Source of the DNA: a virus
Virus record (IMG/VR): IMGVR_UViG_3300030107_006707
Location: 9,598-73,597 of that record
Length of the DNA: 64,000 nt
Direction: 5' to 3' (one strand)
Of the stretch, positions 41,014 through 51,384 are shown in pieces (positions within the stretch are counted from its first letter, which is position 1; every line of letters starts with the position of its first letter). The translations under genes were made by a program, and so were the position numbers. Under the pieces are notes generated by a model. It saw only the letters and a list, made by a program, of their open reading frames with translations, made no database searches and was not told where the DNA came from.

Positions 41014-41119
41014 TAAACATGTTTTCTTTTTTATAAGTTTTAAGGTTTGCAAAGTAGGCTAAGCATAGGCTTATTATAAGTTAGATGAAAAAGCTGTTAA
41101 GGACTTTTTACATTTTTCT

Positions 41120-41935
41120 TTAAGCTGGAGGTGGTTCGTCCTCTGCTTCTTCATCTTCTGGAGCTTCTTCTTCATCTGCTCCCTCTTCGTCATCAACAGG
41201 ATCAGTTTCAGCATCAGCGTCAGCTTTTTCCTTTTCATATTCAGGAGTAGTTTCTTCTCCTGGATCAACTGCAAGGGCATCTTCAAATCTATCAAAATAC
41301 AACATAAGGTTGGTTAGAAGATATTCTCGGAATACATTTTTATCTTCAGGATCAGCTAACATTTCATAGTGATCTACAATTTGAGTTTCAATTCTTTCAA
41401 ATGTTTTTTGTGCAAAGTTTCTACCAGTAGCATCCTCACCTGCAATACCAAAAACATCCATTACGTCTTCTTCCTCTTCGGCAGGTTTGATATCAATAAA
41501 GTCTCCTGATACTGATTCTTCTTCACCGTCGCCGTCGTCAAAGGATACTTCTACTTTCTCTAACAGGTCACTTAAGTCATATTCTACATTTTCATTAGCA
41601 GCTTCTTTATTAGCGTCAACTGGAACTAGTGCATTCTTAGCCGCTGCAACAATATGATTGCGAAATGAATTTCTTTGGTCTTGGCTGGTTGTCAGCATCA
41701 TGTAGGAATCTTCTAAGATTGGTATGATCTTCTTTAGCAAGTCGGCCAAAACATTAATACCAGTGGATCTGGTAGATGTCTCATCTGTTTCTACCTCACG
41801 TAGTATTTGTCTGACAAAGCCACGTACAGCGGACTCCTGCTTCTCAACAAGTTCTCTTCGTTCAATTAGTTTTTTACGAACATACTTTCTCAGTACTTGT
41901 TCAGCGATTAGTTGTTCTCGGTTAATAGTTGACAT
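41120..41935 (-). CDS. Acidic hypothetical phage protein
   Basis: 271-aa ORF with an Asp/Glu-rich C-terminus. Confidence 0.75.
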   Translation of the reverse strand: MSTINREQLIAEQVLRKYVRKKLIERRELVEKQESAVRGFVRQILREVETDETSTRSTGINVLADLLKKIIPILEDSYMMLTTSQDQRNSFRNHIVAAAKNALVPVDANKEAANENVEYDLSDLLEKVEVSFDDGDGEEESVSGDFIDIKPAEEEEDVMDVFGIAGEDATGRNFAQKTFERIETQIVDHYEMLADPEDKNVFREYLLTNLMLYFDRFEDALAVDPGEETTPEYEKEKADADAETDPVDDEEGADEEEAPEDEEAEDEPPPA

Positions 41936-41942
41936 ACTATAT

Positions 41943-43958
41943 TTATCTCCGTTTTACAGTATAAGACTTCTTTTTTCTTTTCTTTTTAGACGAGGTAGTA
42001 CTAATACCTAGTGGCGCACCAGAGATAGCGCCTGTTATAGTCATCTCATCAATCACTTGATCAACGATGTTAGCCTCGCTAACTTGGGTAGCGATTGACC
42101 ATACTTGATCAGCTAAATCACTATTCTTTTTAATAAAGTTAGGTAGGTGCTTTTTAAACTCTTTTTCTTTGTTGTTGGCTACAAGCTCTCTCATTTGAGT
42201 TCCCGTAATACCACTGGCAAACATAGGAGTCTTAACATATTCTACATTCACGCCTGGGTTATTCCTCTCTGCAAAAGAAGCCATTCTTTCAGCAGCGCCA
42301 CCAGACTCTTTTTCACCTTGACCAAATATGACAGAATCACCAGGCTTAAATATTTCCTTGTCAGCTATCATATCGTACACATGTTTAATAGGTGACCCAG
42401 GAGGAACTACTATGGTCATTTTAGCAGTTGCTTTTTTGTCAGGGTCATTTTGTATATAAGTTTCCCATATCTTCCTGGATTGTTCTACAGTAATACCATC
42501 TCTGGACTTGCCGAACTTGCCACTACCAGGAGAAATTAAAACGATTACTTTTTCTACGTCTTCTATTTCCGCCAGATGCTTTGCGCCAAGATAGTGTCCA
42601 GCATGTGGTGGCTTAAATGCCCCAGGCACCAAAGCAACCTTTTTTCCGTTTTGTTCATTAACAGTTTGCATTGTTTCAGATAATATAGAATCAAACTTAT
42701 GGAGCATGTTTTCTTGTTTGACAGTCTTTTTGATTCTGCCATATTTAAGCATTCCAACAATTTGGTTGACAGGAGCAAAGTTCCCAGTGAACTTATACAG
42801 GTTACCATCAATTTGGAATACAACCCCTTCAATACTAGTTGAGATCTTATCTAGCCCCTTAATTTTATTGAGTTGAACTCTAAGAAAATCCATATCTTCA
42901 GCAGATATTTCTCCATCTGTGGCCATCTGTTCAAGTTCAGACACAGATTTAGACACAACACTTCTTAGTCTTTTAACTTCTTCTTTAGGGCTCACCATAA
43001 AGAGACTTTCTAGGCCTTGAAGCATTTCTACTGCAAAATCATGATTAGCTTCTTCAATAGGTCTTATGGCATCTGCCATCATCATTTTTTCAACTAGTTT
43101 ATCTGTTAGTTTAGAAATGATTTCTCTTTGATCAGATGTCATACCTTTTTTAATTTGGTTTAGCTTGAGAGCACCATCTACCTTTAGCAGTCTGCCTACT
43201 AGTTCAGATATTTTGTCGTCGTCTAACTCAGTTGTTTGAGACTTGATCATATTCCTAAGACGAACAGATAGATAGTCACCAACTGTAGCGTCTTCGGAAA
43301 GCCCTACTTGTCTTAGCGCATCTACTATTTTTTGTTTTGCTTCTGATGCCGCCTTATCACTGGATAAAGCCTGAAGTTTAAGTGTGGCATTCCGTACAAT
43401 CTTATAATTTTTACCTGCTGCTGCTTTTTGTAGTGCATCTATATTTTTATCCAGAATAGCTACATTTTCACTAGCATCATAATTTTCAGGTGCGCCTGTC
43501 TCTTCGTCTCGCATCTTGTGTCCAGCGGAATGTATCTTAAGATAATTGCGATCATAGATTAGTACATTCGGATTATCTGGAGACATGACCTCAACATTAT
43601 ACCAGATATTTGCATCAGGGCCGAATATAGACTGCCTAACTTCTGGGGATAACTTCTCTACTGCCGCAGCGAATGTATCAAAGGCTTCGTCATATACTTT
43701 CTGGATAGCTCCACGACCAGCAAATTTATTACTAAGCTCTGAAGCAGTCATGCCTTTCTGTTTAATATTTCCTTTATTTCTAGCAGCTAGAGCTTCTCCT
43801 CGTTTGTTTGACCAAGAAATAAATAAGTTCTGTCCGTCTACTTTCTCTTCAACTGAAAGTTTACCAGCGCTAGCCGTGTCAATAATTTCCATCATCTTAT
43901 TAAATGACATACTTCTGTCATCATAAAGGTGATTAAGGTGTCCTGCTACCCCACCCAT
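41943..43958 (-). CDS. Fusion of a KxDG ligase/nucleotidyltransferase-like domain (DUF6267-like) and a HIGH-family cytidylyltransferase
   Basis: EEKVDGQN (motif I), EGVVF...YKFTG (motifs IV/V); C-terminal PGAFKPPHAGH...ITGTQMRE. Confidence 0.7.
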   Translation of the reverse strand: MGGVAGHLNHLYDDRSMSFNKMMEIIDTASAGKLSVEEKVDGQNLFISWSNKRGEALAARNKGNIKQKGMTASELSNKFAGRGAIQKVYDEAFDTFAAAVEKLSPEVRQSIFGPDANIWYNVEVMSPDNPNVLIYDRNYLKIHSAGHKMRDEETGAPENYDASENVAILDKNIDALQKAAAGKNYKIVRNATLKLQALSSDKAASEAKQKIVDALRQVGLSEDATVGDYLSVRLRNMIKSQTTELDDDKISELVGRLLKVDGALKLNQIKKGMTSDQREIISKLTDKLVEKMMMADAIRPIEEANHDFAVEMLQGLESLFMVSPKEEVKRLRSVVSKSVSELEQMATDGEISAEDMDFLRVQLNKIKGLDKISTSIEGVVFQIDGNLYKFTGNFAPVNQIVGMLKYGRIKKTVKQENMLHKFDSILSETMQTVNEQNGKKVALVPGAFKPPHAGHYLGAKHLAEIEDVEKVIVLISPGSGKFGKSRDGITVEQSRKIWETYIQNDPDKKATAKMTIVVPPGSPIKHVYDMIADKEIFKPGDSVIFGQGEKESGGAAERMASFAERNNPGVNVEYVKTPMFASGITGTQMRELVANNKEKEFKKHLPNFIKKNSDLADQVWSIATQVSEANIVDQVIDEMTITGAISGAPLGISTTSSKKKRKKKSYTVKRR

Positions 43959-43960
43959 TA

Positions 43961-44215
43961 CTAATCCTCTTTTTCTTCATTCAGCATACGAAGCTGCTCT
44001 TCTAAATGGGAAATCTTTTCGTTAAGTTTATTAACATGCTTCTTGATTTTTGATGCCTGCTCCAATGCGAGTTGAATCCTGTTTGCATCACGCTTACTAG
44101 CAACTTTGATAAGTCTAAGATTATCAACAATAGCTTGCAGGGAATGACCAAAATTACTGATGTTATAGTCCTCATTTAGTAACAACTTTTTTGTTATCCA
44201 ATTAAGATTTTTCAT
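43961..44215 (-). CDS. Small coiled-coil hypothetical protein
   Basis: Start refined to MKNLNW after SD AGGAGG. Confidence 0.7.
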   Translation of the reverse strand: MKNLNWITKKLLLNEDYNISNFGHSLQAIVDNLRLIKVASKRDANRIQLALEQASKIKKHVNKLNEKISHLEEQLRMLNEEKED

Positions 44216-44441
44216 CTGTTTTAGACCTCCTGCGCTTGCTAACGGCTTTTTTACTTGGTTTTTTGGCCTCATGTTTTTCAAGTTCCTCTTTAATGTTTTT
44301 TAGAGTTTCAACATAAAGCTCGCCTGGGTTACCCCACTTATCTTTTGGGAAAACCACATCTCTGCAATAAGCAATTGTATCCTTGTCGTCGTAACGAACA
44401 GCTTCCCGAAGTTTATCAATCCATTTTACATAACTAGCCAT
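44202..44441 (-). CDS. Small basic hypothetical protein
   Basis: 79 aa, SD AAGGA, Lys/Arg-rich tail. Confidence 0.65.
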   Translation of the reverse strand: MASYVKWIDKLREAVRYDDKDTIAYCRDVVFPKDKWGNPGELYVETLKNIKEELEKHEAKKPSKKAVSKRRRSKTDEKS

Positions 44442-44451
44442 TTTATTATCC

Positions 44452-45477
44452 TTATATAACTTTCACATCGCTTAGATAGAAAGCCCATGATTCTTTGTTG
44501 TTGACAGTAGATACAAAATGTAAACACATCGTCTGACCTTTCAACAAACTAATATTACTTGCCTCATCAATATTGACCTCGCCACCACCTAATATATTAG
44601 CACTGTAGCTGTACTTACATTTAACCTTACTCAAAGGTTTACAAGATTTTCTATTGTCATTTGTAATGTACAAATAATAATCGCTTCCCTCTCTAACGTT
44701 GTTTATATATAACATAAAACCTTTGAGTATGTCAATGTTTTTATTTGATGTTTTTATATTTGCGTTACTATGCCCACCTAAACAATCCCAACTAACGTGC
44801 TCACCGTGAACAGTTAGAAGCTCTTGGGGGGTTGGTGTTTTTGTGCTCAGTTCAATCGTTTTTCTACCAGCATATGAAATAGAAATTGCTTTATTGGTTG
44901 TGCTTATGGAGATATTATTACCACCATGTATTCTTTTCAGTAAGCCTTGGTTTCCGCTCATCCCAGCAAAAAGCTCTTCTCCATCATTTCCTACATTGGA
45001 AAATCCTAGCAACTGATTAGGCATAGAGACAACGATGTGCTCATCTGACTCTGATGTTACAAATCCACCCCTGAATATAATGCTCTTAAGTTTTCTTCCA
45101 TCTTCTGTAACAAGACTATTCCCTTTGCCAGATGATTCTAGATTAGTGATTGCATTAGATAATACTACACTGTTGCCATTATTGTGGTTATAAACTAGAT
45201 CTCCATTCAGTGAATAAAGGTAAGTATTATCACCTTTTCTACCAGTTGGGGCCGAGGCAACTGTTGATAACGATATACAACCCTCAACATGAAGGCGAGA
45301 TCTATTATCTTTAAAATCTTCGTCATTGCATAATACTAGGGATTTAGCTGCCATGTTATTACTAGAGATTGTGCTTATCTTTGCACTATTAGCTGAAACC
45401 TTCCCTTTAATTTTAGCATCGCCATCATGTGGAAATGGTGAAGGGTTTTGGAATATTATTTGACGTTGTTTAGACAT
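44452..45477 (-). CDS. Putative tail-fibre/structural protein
   Basis: Repeated SNxG...LKSI/LKRI.GG.NISIS fibre-like units. Confidence 0.55.
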   Translation of the reverse strand: MSKQRQIIFQNPSPFPHDGDAKIKGKVSANSAKISTISSNNMAAKSLVLCNDEDFKDNRSRLHVEGCISLSTVASAPTGRKGDNTYLYSLNGDLVYNHNNGNSVVLSNAITNLESSGKGNSLVTEDGRKLKSIIFRGGFVTSESDEHIVVSMPNQLLGFSNVGNDGEELFAGMSGNQGLLKRIHGGNNISISTTNKAISISYAGRKTIELSTKTPTPQELLTVHGEHVSWDCLGGHSNANIKTSNKNIDILKGFMLYINNVREGSDYYLYITNDNRKSCKPLSKVKCKYSYSANILGGGEVNIDEASNISLLKGQTMCLHFVSTVNNKESWAFYLSDVKVI

Positions 45478-45505
45478 ATCACCTCTTTCTAAGTAGTTGT
45501 CGCTA

Positions 45506-46432
45506 TTATAAATCTGATTGTTGCTCTACACTTGCAAGTGCATACTTACAATGTAGGTATTTAAACACCGCTAAATTTTGAGCATCATCGTGTACAGTAT
45601 TATAAATAATGATTTCTGCAATGTCTGTAGATTCTATTATTTTACCAGAGTCTACAGCAACTATACCTATATCACTACCAGGTGTATTACTTGACACTAA
45701 ATCATCTGTTTTAGCCACTCTAGATACAGACCTAAAATAACTTACTTGTGAATCAACATTAATAACATAAGCTTGGTATTGGTCCCGTATTAGATCATCC
45801 TGTATGGAAGAACCAGACACGACAATAGGGTGACCCTCGTCAGCGTTATTTACAGATCCTGTTGAATACTGCATGACCATATAAACTGATTTATTAGCTA
45901 GTGTTTCTAAACCAGAAGGAGTTCCATTATATTGAAAGAAGGCCCTCTCATCATCAAACGAAATACTAGCAAAGCCACCGATGTCGCCCTCATTAAATGT
46001 TGGACCTGCATCTGCGTCTGGTGCTTGAACGGCAAACTCTTTTCCACTGTTGTCTTGCCAAGCTACAGTGATGGCAGCGTTATCAACCTGTGTTCCATTA
46101 TTAACGTCCTCAGCAACAACATGCAACAATAGCTGACTTTTATTAGGGACATCACCTCCCACAAATCTTCTTCGTGTATTAGGTCTAATTTCATCGTTGC
46201 CTGATTTAACAGTGCCGCCCTCAAGAACTCTCTCTGGAGCATTTCTTGGTGTTTGTTTTATTTTCCGATGTGTAGTAACAATAAAGGGTAGCGGGCCACA
46301 AGCGCCTTCATCATACTCTGAGCGAATGTCAGAATACCTAGTGATATTACCACCAGCATCCGTCATATTAAGAGACTTTGGAATTGCTCCAGATTGTAAT
46401 AACTGTTGAAATAGTTCACTTGCTGATGGCAT
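45506..46432 (-). CDS. Structural protein with LamG-like domain
   Basis: WQDNSG...IAEIIIYN...YLHCKYAL pattern. Confidence 0.6.
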   Translation of the reverse strand: MPSASELFQQLLQSGAIPKSLNMTDAGGNITRYSDIRSEYDEGACGPLPFIVTTHRKIKQTPRNAPERVLEGGTVKSGNDEIRPNTRRRFVGGDVPNKSQLLLHVVAEDVNNGTQVDNAAITVAWQDNSGKEFAVQAPDADAGPTFNEGDIGGFASISFDDERAFFQYNGTPSGLETLANKSVYMVMQYSTGSVNNADEGHPIVVSGSSIQDDLIRDQYQAYVINVDSQVSYFRSVSRVAKTDDLVSSNTPGSDIGIVAVDSGKIIESTDIAEIIIYNTVHDDAQNLAVFKYLHCKYALASVEQQSDL

Positions 46433-46447
46433 ATTATTTTCCTACCC

Positions 46448-48034
46448 TTATACCCCTTTGCCGATCTGATACCAGGCTTTGTGACTGCCTTCAACAATCT
46501 GAACAAATGTTATAGCAGATATACCACTAGAATCATGCAACGATGAAAAAGATCCGCTGACTAGTCCTGATGGTAAAACAAAAACATTGTTTGTATCAGC
46601 GTTCTGTGCGATGATTGTAAGTTTTTGACCAGAAATAGTGGGTGTTGGGAATGCTAAGCTAAAAACTTCCATTCCACCTCCCATATCACTACCATTGATT
46701 GAACCCGCATCTAATAACACAATACCTGAAGCTGTAGAAAGGGTAGCGCTGGTTCCACTACCAAGATCTTGAGTTGTTACATCGGTTGCAAAAAAGTCTG
46801 ACTTGGTTGTTCCTATAACCTCCATCTCGGTTGATGGGTCGTTAGTGTGGATACCAACGTGCCCATTTGTTCCCTCAAGAGTAATACGAGCAGCGTGTCC
46901 ATTGTTAGAGGAGTCGTTACCAATCTGAAGTACTCTGAGAGCCGAGTTGGCGTGGTTTGGACAAAATGCGTCAATCAGAAACGCACTGGCCAGAGAACTA
47001 GTCATAGTGGTACCAGCGGTTCCCTCCAAAGATAAACTAGCCAGGCGGTTGGCTCGGCTAGAGGTATCTGTCAGACCATCTGAATAAAAATCAATAAAAG
47101 GATTCTCAGTTTCGCCAGCGGTGTTAGCAGTGTCAGCAATAAGTTTTATACCAACTTCTTTTTTGCCTTTCATAATCAAGACAACATCTTTTTCTTGCCC
47201 CGAAACAGAATCAAAAGGATCTATGATGTGCAATACGCTTTGAGGTGAATTGTTGCCGATGCCGACACGTTGATTTTGACCGTCAATAAAGAACATATGA
47301 GTGTTCTGATTGCTCTCTACCCGAAAATCAATATCTGTACTGTTCTCATTAAAAACAACTTCGTCTTGGGATGCTTCTGTTAATGTGATAAAATCAGCAC
47401 CACCAGCCTGAAAGTTTATAGAATCGTCTTGAAACCTTATGAACGTATTGTCATCGCCATTATGGTAGATGTATTCGTCTGCACCGATGTCGCCAGCTAC
47501 ATCCAAAGCATAATCAGGGGTTTCTGTTCCAATTCCTATTCTAGTAGTAGACGCATCTGCTATGAAATACGCATTGTTGCTATCATCTTTTATAACAAAG
47601 TCAATGTTGTTACCACCATTATTAATTCTAACTTTATGAGGAGCACTGGAGTTATCTTGACAATCTATGTGATTGTTGCCACCCGCATTAATTCTTACTC
47701 TATTATCAGTAAAATTAATAAATGTATTGGCATCACCGTTGTGATAGATATATTGATTAACTCCAACGTTACCAGCTACGTCAAGTTTATAGTCAGGAGC
47801 GTCTGTGCCAATACCAACACGTCCGTTCTCAAGGATAGCTACACCGCCGTTAAAACCAATGACACCTGAAACCTCAACATTAGTACTACCAGTACCAATT
47901 GCAAGATACTCAGTATTATTAGCAATTAGTTTTATTTGATCTTCTTCAAAATCTATTTTAGTATCACGATCTACATCATCAGAAGAAACTAGGTCTCCTG
48001 TGTCAACCCTTCCTCTACTCCATTTATATGCCAT
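46448..48034 (-). CDS. Tail fibre protein with internal repeats
   Basis: Repeated RVGIGTxxPDYxLDVAG...YIYHNGD.NTFI units. Confidence 0.8.
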   Translation of the reverse strand: MAYKWSRGRVDTGDLVSSDDVDRDTKIDFEEDQIKLIANNTEYLAIGTGSTNVEVSGVIGFNGGVAILENGRVGIGTDAPDYKLDVAGNVGVNQYIYHNGDANTFINFTDNRVRINAGGNNHIDCQDNSSAPHKVRINNGGNNIDFVIKDDSNNAYFIADASTTRIGIGTETPDYALDVAGDIGADEYIYHNGDDNTFIRFQDDSINFQAGGADFITLTEASQDEVVFNENSTDIDFRVESNQNTHMFFIDGQNQRVGIGNNSPQSVLHIIDPFDSVSGQEKDVVLIMKGKKEVGIKLIADTANTAGETENPFIDFYSDGLTDTSSRANRLASLSLEGTAGTTMTSSLASAFLIDAFCPNHANSALRVLQIGNDSSNNGHAARITLEGTNGHVGIHTNDPSTEMEVIGTTKSDFFATDVTTQDLGSGTSATLSTASGIVLLDAGSINGSDMGGGMEVFSLAFPTPTISGQKLTIIAQNADTNNVFVLPSGLVSGSFSSLHDSSGISAITFVQIVEGSHKAWYQIGKGV

Positions 48035-48066
48035 AATAAATACCCCTGCTTATAAATAGTTAGTCA

Positions 48067-48095
48067 CAAAACAAAGGAGCCACCGAAGTGGCTCC
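48067..48095 (-). terminator. Intrinsic terminator
   Basis: GGAGCCAC-TTCG-GTGGCTCC-TTTGTTTTG. Confidence 0.85.
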
Positions 48096-48129
48096 AATGA
48101 GGTAGTGATTTGAAACGAACTACTCAGTA

Positions 48130-50145
48130 CTAGAAGACCTCGTAGAAAAATCCATTCCATACCAAACTAAGAGCACCCTGTGGAGATGACATAGAAAGAG
48201 AAGTCTGACTATCATCAAAGTAGGCCGTTGATGCGCCACCAGCGCCTGTTAGTACAAGAATACCAGTGCCTACAGAGTTAAACTTAATCGTCAACACTTT
48301 ACCTGCATCATTAGCACCAAGTCCTGCTGTGCCACTCATTGGGAGAAACAGCTTGACATCCTCTGAACCTGTTGTTCCGACAGACAAGAAGGATGGGTAC
48401 CCAACCGCAGACACACTGCCTGTTACAACAGAGCCTGTGTTTGATGCCTGCACACCACCGCCAATACTAACGGTTTCTTGTGGTGTTTGCAAAGAACCTA
48501 TTGCAGCGGCTGAACTTGAATAGCCAACTTGGAGAGATGATGTCGTGTAGACAGCACCAGCCTGGAAGCTGTGAGCTAACTGGGCTGATGCACCGACTAT
48601 AGCACCAGCAGTGCTAACAGTAAATTCATCACCGTCAGTTGCAAATTCATCACCTGTTATTTTACCAGAGGCAACCACAGTACCACCGCCTGTAATATTA
48701 CCACCGATAATACCGTGACTTCCAACTGTTAGTGTTCCGTTCATTCCAACAGCACCAGTCATGTTGATACCTGTACCCGCAGTTAGATCTAAGAATCCGT
48801 CCACAGAGCGATGAATATTTTCTCCACTATCAGTAAACTGAAGTGTAATATCGCTAGCAAGTGTAACAGTTGCACCTTGTGCAAACGTTATCATGTCTGC
48901 GTCATTACCAGCACCGATAGTCGCACCGTTAGCAATCTCAAGTCCAGCACCAGCAACAATCTTATTGTTGAACGTTGCTGCACCAGCAGAACCCATATCA
49001 AGCGTCAAGGCTGTAATAGCACTAGTAGCATCATTACCGTTGAAGATGATATCTCCATCTGCTAGAGACGCACTAATGATAAGATTAGCTGAAGATTTTG
49101 TAAACTTAGCAAACTCTGTGCCACCATCACTAAGACGGATATCAGCACCATCAGCATCAAGTATAATATCGCCTGCTACATCAAGTGTAAGATCGCCAGA
49201 ACTTAGATCAATCTCAGTGCCATCAATTGTGATATTGTCGGCCTTGATACCAGCATCTGCTACAACTACACCGTTGAAGGTAGCTTTACCTGCGTCAGAT
49301 GTATCAAATGCTAACATGTTAATGGATGAACCACCATCATCACCAACAATGGTAAGATCTTTATCTTGTACGCCAACAGTCATAGTAATGTTATCACTTG
49401 ACTCAGCGATAGTAAACTCGTTAGCACCAGCACCAATGATTAGGTCACCAAGAACCTCTGCGTTGGCACCAACACGAACATCGTCGTTAAAGGTAGCACG
49501 CCCTGCATCAGACATATCAAGCGTTAGAGCAGTGATAGCACTTGCGCCATCATTACCCTTGAAGATAATATCTTTATCAGATTGTGACGAACTAATAACA
49601 AGATCATTTGAACTGTTTGAGATCTTACCAATCTCTGTTCCGCCATCAAGGAAGAAAACGTCTCCGCCATCTGCATCAAGCTTGATATCAGTGGCAGCAT
49701 CAATTGTTAGAGTGCCAGGAGCAACAATGTTACCTGACAAATTAACATTACCCTGTAAGAAACTTTGTCCAACTATTTCTAGTGCGGCACTACCAGAGAT
49801 ACTATGACCAACAACTCTTACAGAACCACTAGCGCCTTGAAGGGCATTATTTACAGCAGCGAATCCGACTTCAGATGCTTCTCCAGATCCTGTGAAGTAA
49901 GCACCGAGAGCAGCCATTGTAATTTTTTTAACGTTATTGCTATCAGAAGCATTTGCTATGACTAGGAGGTCACCATCTGCTGCTGCCTGGCCAATTGCTC
50001 CCCCTCCATTAACGTCCAACTCAGCAATGGCAAGTGACTTGTCCTGCAATTCAATAGAACCTGATAGCTGGAATTTTTCGTTACTATTATCAATAGCAAC
50101 TGTTCCACCTAATCTAGCTAACCCAGATTGAAATTTATAAGCCAT
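48130..50145 (-). CDS. Tail fibre/structural protein with ~75-aa internal repeats
   Basis: Repeated LDADG.D....DGGTE...DIIF.GND..SAITALTLDM..AG.ATFN; strong SD AGGAGG. Confidence 0.8.
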   Translation of the reverse strand: MAYKFQSGLARLGGTVAIDNSNEKFQLSGSIELQDKSLAIAELDVNGGGAIGQAAADGDLLVIANASDSNNVKKITMAALGAYFTGSGEASEVGFAAVNNALQGASGSVRVVGHSISGSAALEIVGQSFLQGNVNLSGNIVAPGTLTIDAATDIKLDADGGDVFFLDGGTEIGKISNSSNDLVISSSQSDKDIIFKGNDGASAITALTLDMSDAGRATFNDDVRVGANAEVLGDLIIGAGANEFTIAESSDNITMTVGVQDKDLTIVGDDGGSSINMLAFDTSDAGKATFNGVVVADAGIKADNITIDGTEIDLSSGDLTLDVAGDIILDADGADIRLSDGGTEFAKFTKSSANLIISASLADGDIIFNGNDATSAITALTLDMGSAGAATFNNKIVAGAGLEIANGATIGAGNDADMITFAQGATVTLASDITLQFTDSGENIHRSVDGFLDLTAGTGINMTGAVGMNGTLTVGSHGIIGGNITGGGTVVASGKITGDEFATDGDEFTVSTAGAIVGASAQLAHSFQAGAVYTTSSLQVGYSSSAAAIGSLQTPQETVSIGGGVQASNTGSVVTGSVSAVGYPSFLSVGTTGSEDVKLFLPMSGTAGLGANDAGKVLTIKFNSVGTGILVLTGAGGASTAYFDDSQTSLSMSSPQGALSLVWNGFFYEVF

Positions 50146-50249
50146 TATAAATCCTCCTATAAAGTATTTAGCAACTTATATTAGCTAACCTACGATCTGT
50201 TTGGGTTAATCGCCTCTATTCAGAAACTTGTTATTTCTAAACCATTTTG

Positions 50250-51122
50250 CTAGTAGATAAAGAACTTATCACTACCATTAGTATATAGACTAATAGCTGC
50301 AAAAGGCGAGTTCAAAAGAATAAAATTTAGTCCATCAATTGTTTGAGATCCTGAGCCTGAAATTGCTACGTTGTGTAAGTGTGCATTTCCACCCTCATCT
50401 TTGATCACATATGTCTGGCCAGCAGTTAGCGTACCAGCATCAGGAAGCCTAATATCTATATCACCTGATGTATTAATACTAATATAATAATCGCTAACGG
50501 AAGCAGTTGTTGTAGATGAAATGCTTCTTCTTTTATGAACTACTCCACCTTGCACACTTAGAGTGCTACCATCAAATGTTAAATTAGCTTCGCCATTAAT
50601 AGAACTGTCGCCACCAGCCGTTGTAACTCTGTTATTACCGTCATTACTAATTGTAACAGTGCCACCACCAGATGAGGCAGTGACTACAACTTTATTGTTT
50701 GAATCTAGAGCAAGATAACTGCCTGGACCCGCAACAGTACCAGAGGGCACTCCTCTTGCATGTATAACACTTGAAACATTTAAGGTTCCTGTTATCTCAA
50801 GGTCGCTTCCATCAAATGTTAGATTAGCCTCTCCATTAAGAGAGCTATCCCCTCCCGCAGTTGTCAGTCTGTTATTTGCATCATTACTTATCGTAACGCC
50901 AGGTGCGGTAACAAGATTTGATGTGTCACCAGATGGAAACCTGGCGAATACACTTGATGCAGAATAAAATAAAACAGCCGCACCAGAAGCAGGAGCACTA
51001 GGAGTTGATGTTTGTTGGAACGCTAATAGGTTCCCGCTCAACTCTATATTTCCTGTAACTGCCGCCGTGCCTACAAAAGGAAATAGGTCTACATTCCCTA
51101 TTACAAATTTTCCATTGGCCAT
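50250..51122 (-). CDS. Tail fibre-like protein with duplicated TISNDxNNRxTTAGGDSSxNGEANLTFDGS unit
   Basis: Two near-identical ~31-aa repeats; C-terminal LPDA...GQTYVIKDEGG...TIDG fibre domain. Confidence 0.8.
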   Translation of the reverse strand: MANGKFVIGNVDLFPFVGTAAVTGNIELSGNLLAFQQTSTPSAPASGAAVLFYSASSVFARFPSGDTSNLVTAPGVTISNDANNRLTTAGGDSSLNGEANLTFDGSDLEITGTLNVSSVIHARGVPSGTVAGPGSYLALDSNNKVVVTASSGGGTVTISNDGNNRVTTAGGDSSINGEANLTFDGSTLSVQGGVVHKRRSISSTTTASVSDYYISINTSGDIDIRLPDAGTLTAGQTYVIKDEGGNAHLHNVAISGSGSQTIDGLNFILLNSPFAAISLYTNGSDKFFIY

Positions 51123-51220
51123 ACAAGTTTATTCCCTAGAAGAACGCAAATTTATCTACATAAGATAAGTATCTTATACCTGTGATAAATAGATAGTTAA
51201 AGTGACATTATACCTATGTA

Positions 51221-51248
51221 AAACAAATGCCCGCTCTAGAGCAGGCAT
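51221..51248 (-). terminator. Putative terminator downstream of the tRNA pair
   Basis: ATGCCTGCTCTAGAGCGGGCAT hairpin followed by TTGTTT. Confidence 0.6.
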
Positions 51249-51307
51249 ATTTCAGGTATCAAGACCCTCTAATAATACAATGCTACAATAAGTAGCTTTC
51301 TTTTTTA

Positions 51308-51383
51308 TGGTGCCCAAAGTAGGACTTGAACCTACAACCTTTGGTTTACAAAACCACTGCTCTACCAATTGAGCTATTCGGGC
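51308..51383 (-). tRNA. tRNA-Thr(UGU)
   Basis: GCCCGAA acceptor, TAGCTCAATTGGTAGAGC D-arm, TT-TGT-AA loop, GTTCAAGTC T-loop, encoded CCA; 76 nt; G27-A43 mismatch. Confidence 0.93.
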
Positions 51384-51384
51384 A

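Noticed and set aside
48893-49807. 304-aa plus-strand ORF, and the many shorter plus-strand ORFs throughout the window
   Set aside because: They lie antisense to well-supported minus-strand genes and read as Ser/Ile/Leu/Pro-rich shadow translations with no recognisable motifs.
1786-51122. Diversity-generating retroelement TR/VR pairs among the internal repeats
   Set aside because: Differences between copies are not adenine-specific, both copies are in-frame coding, and no reverse transcriptase is in the window.
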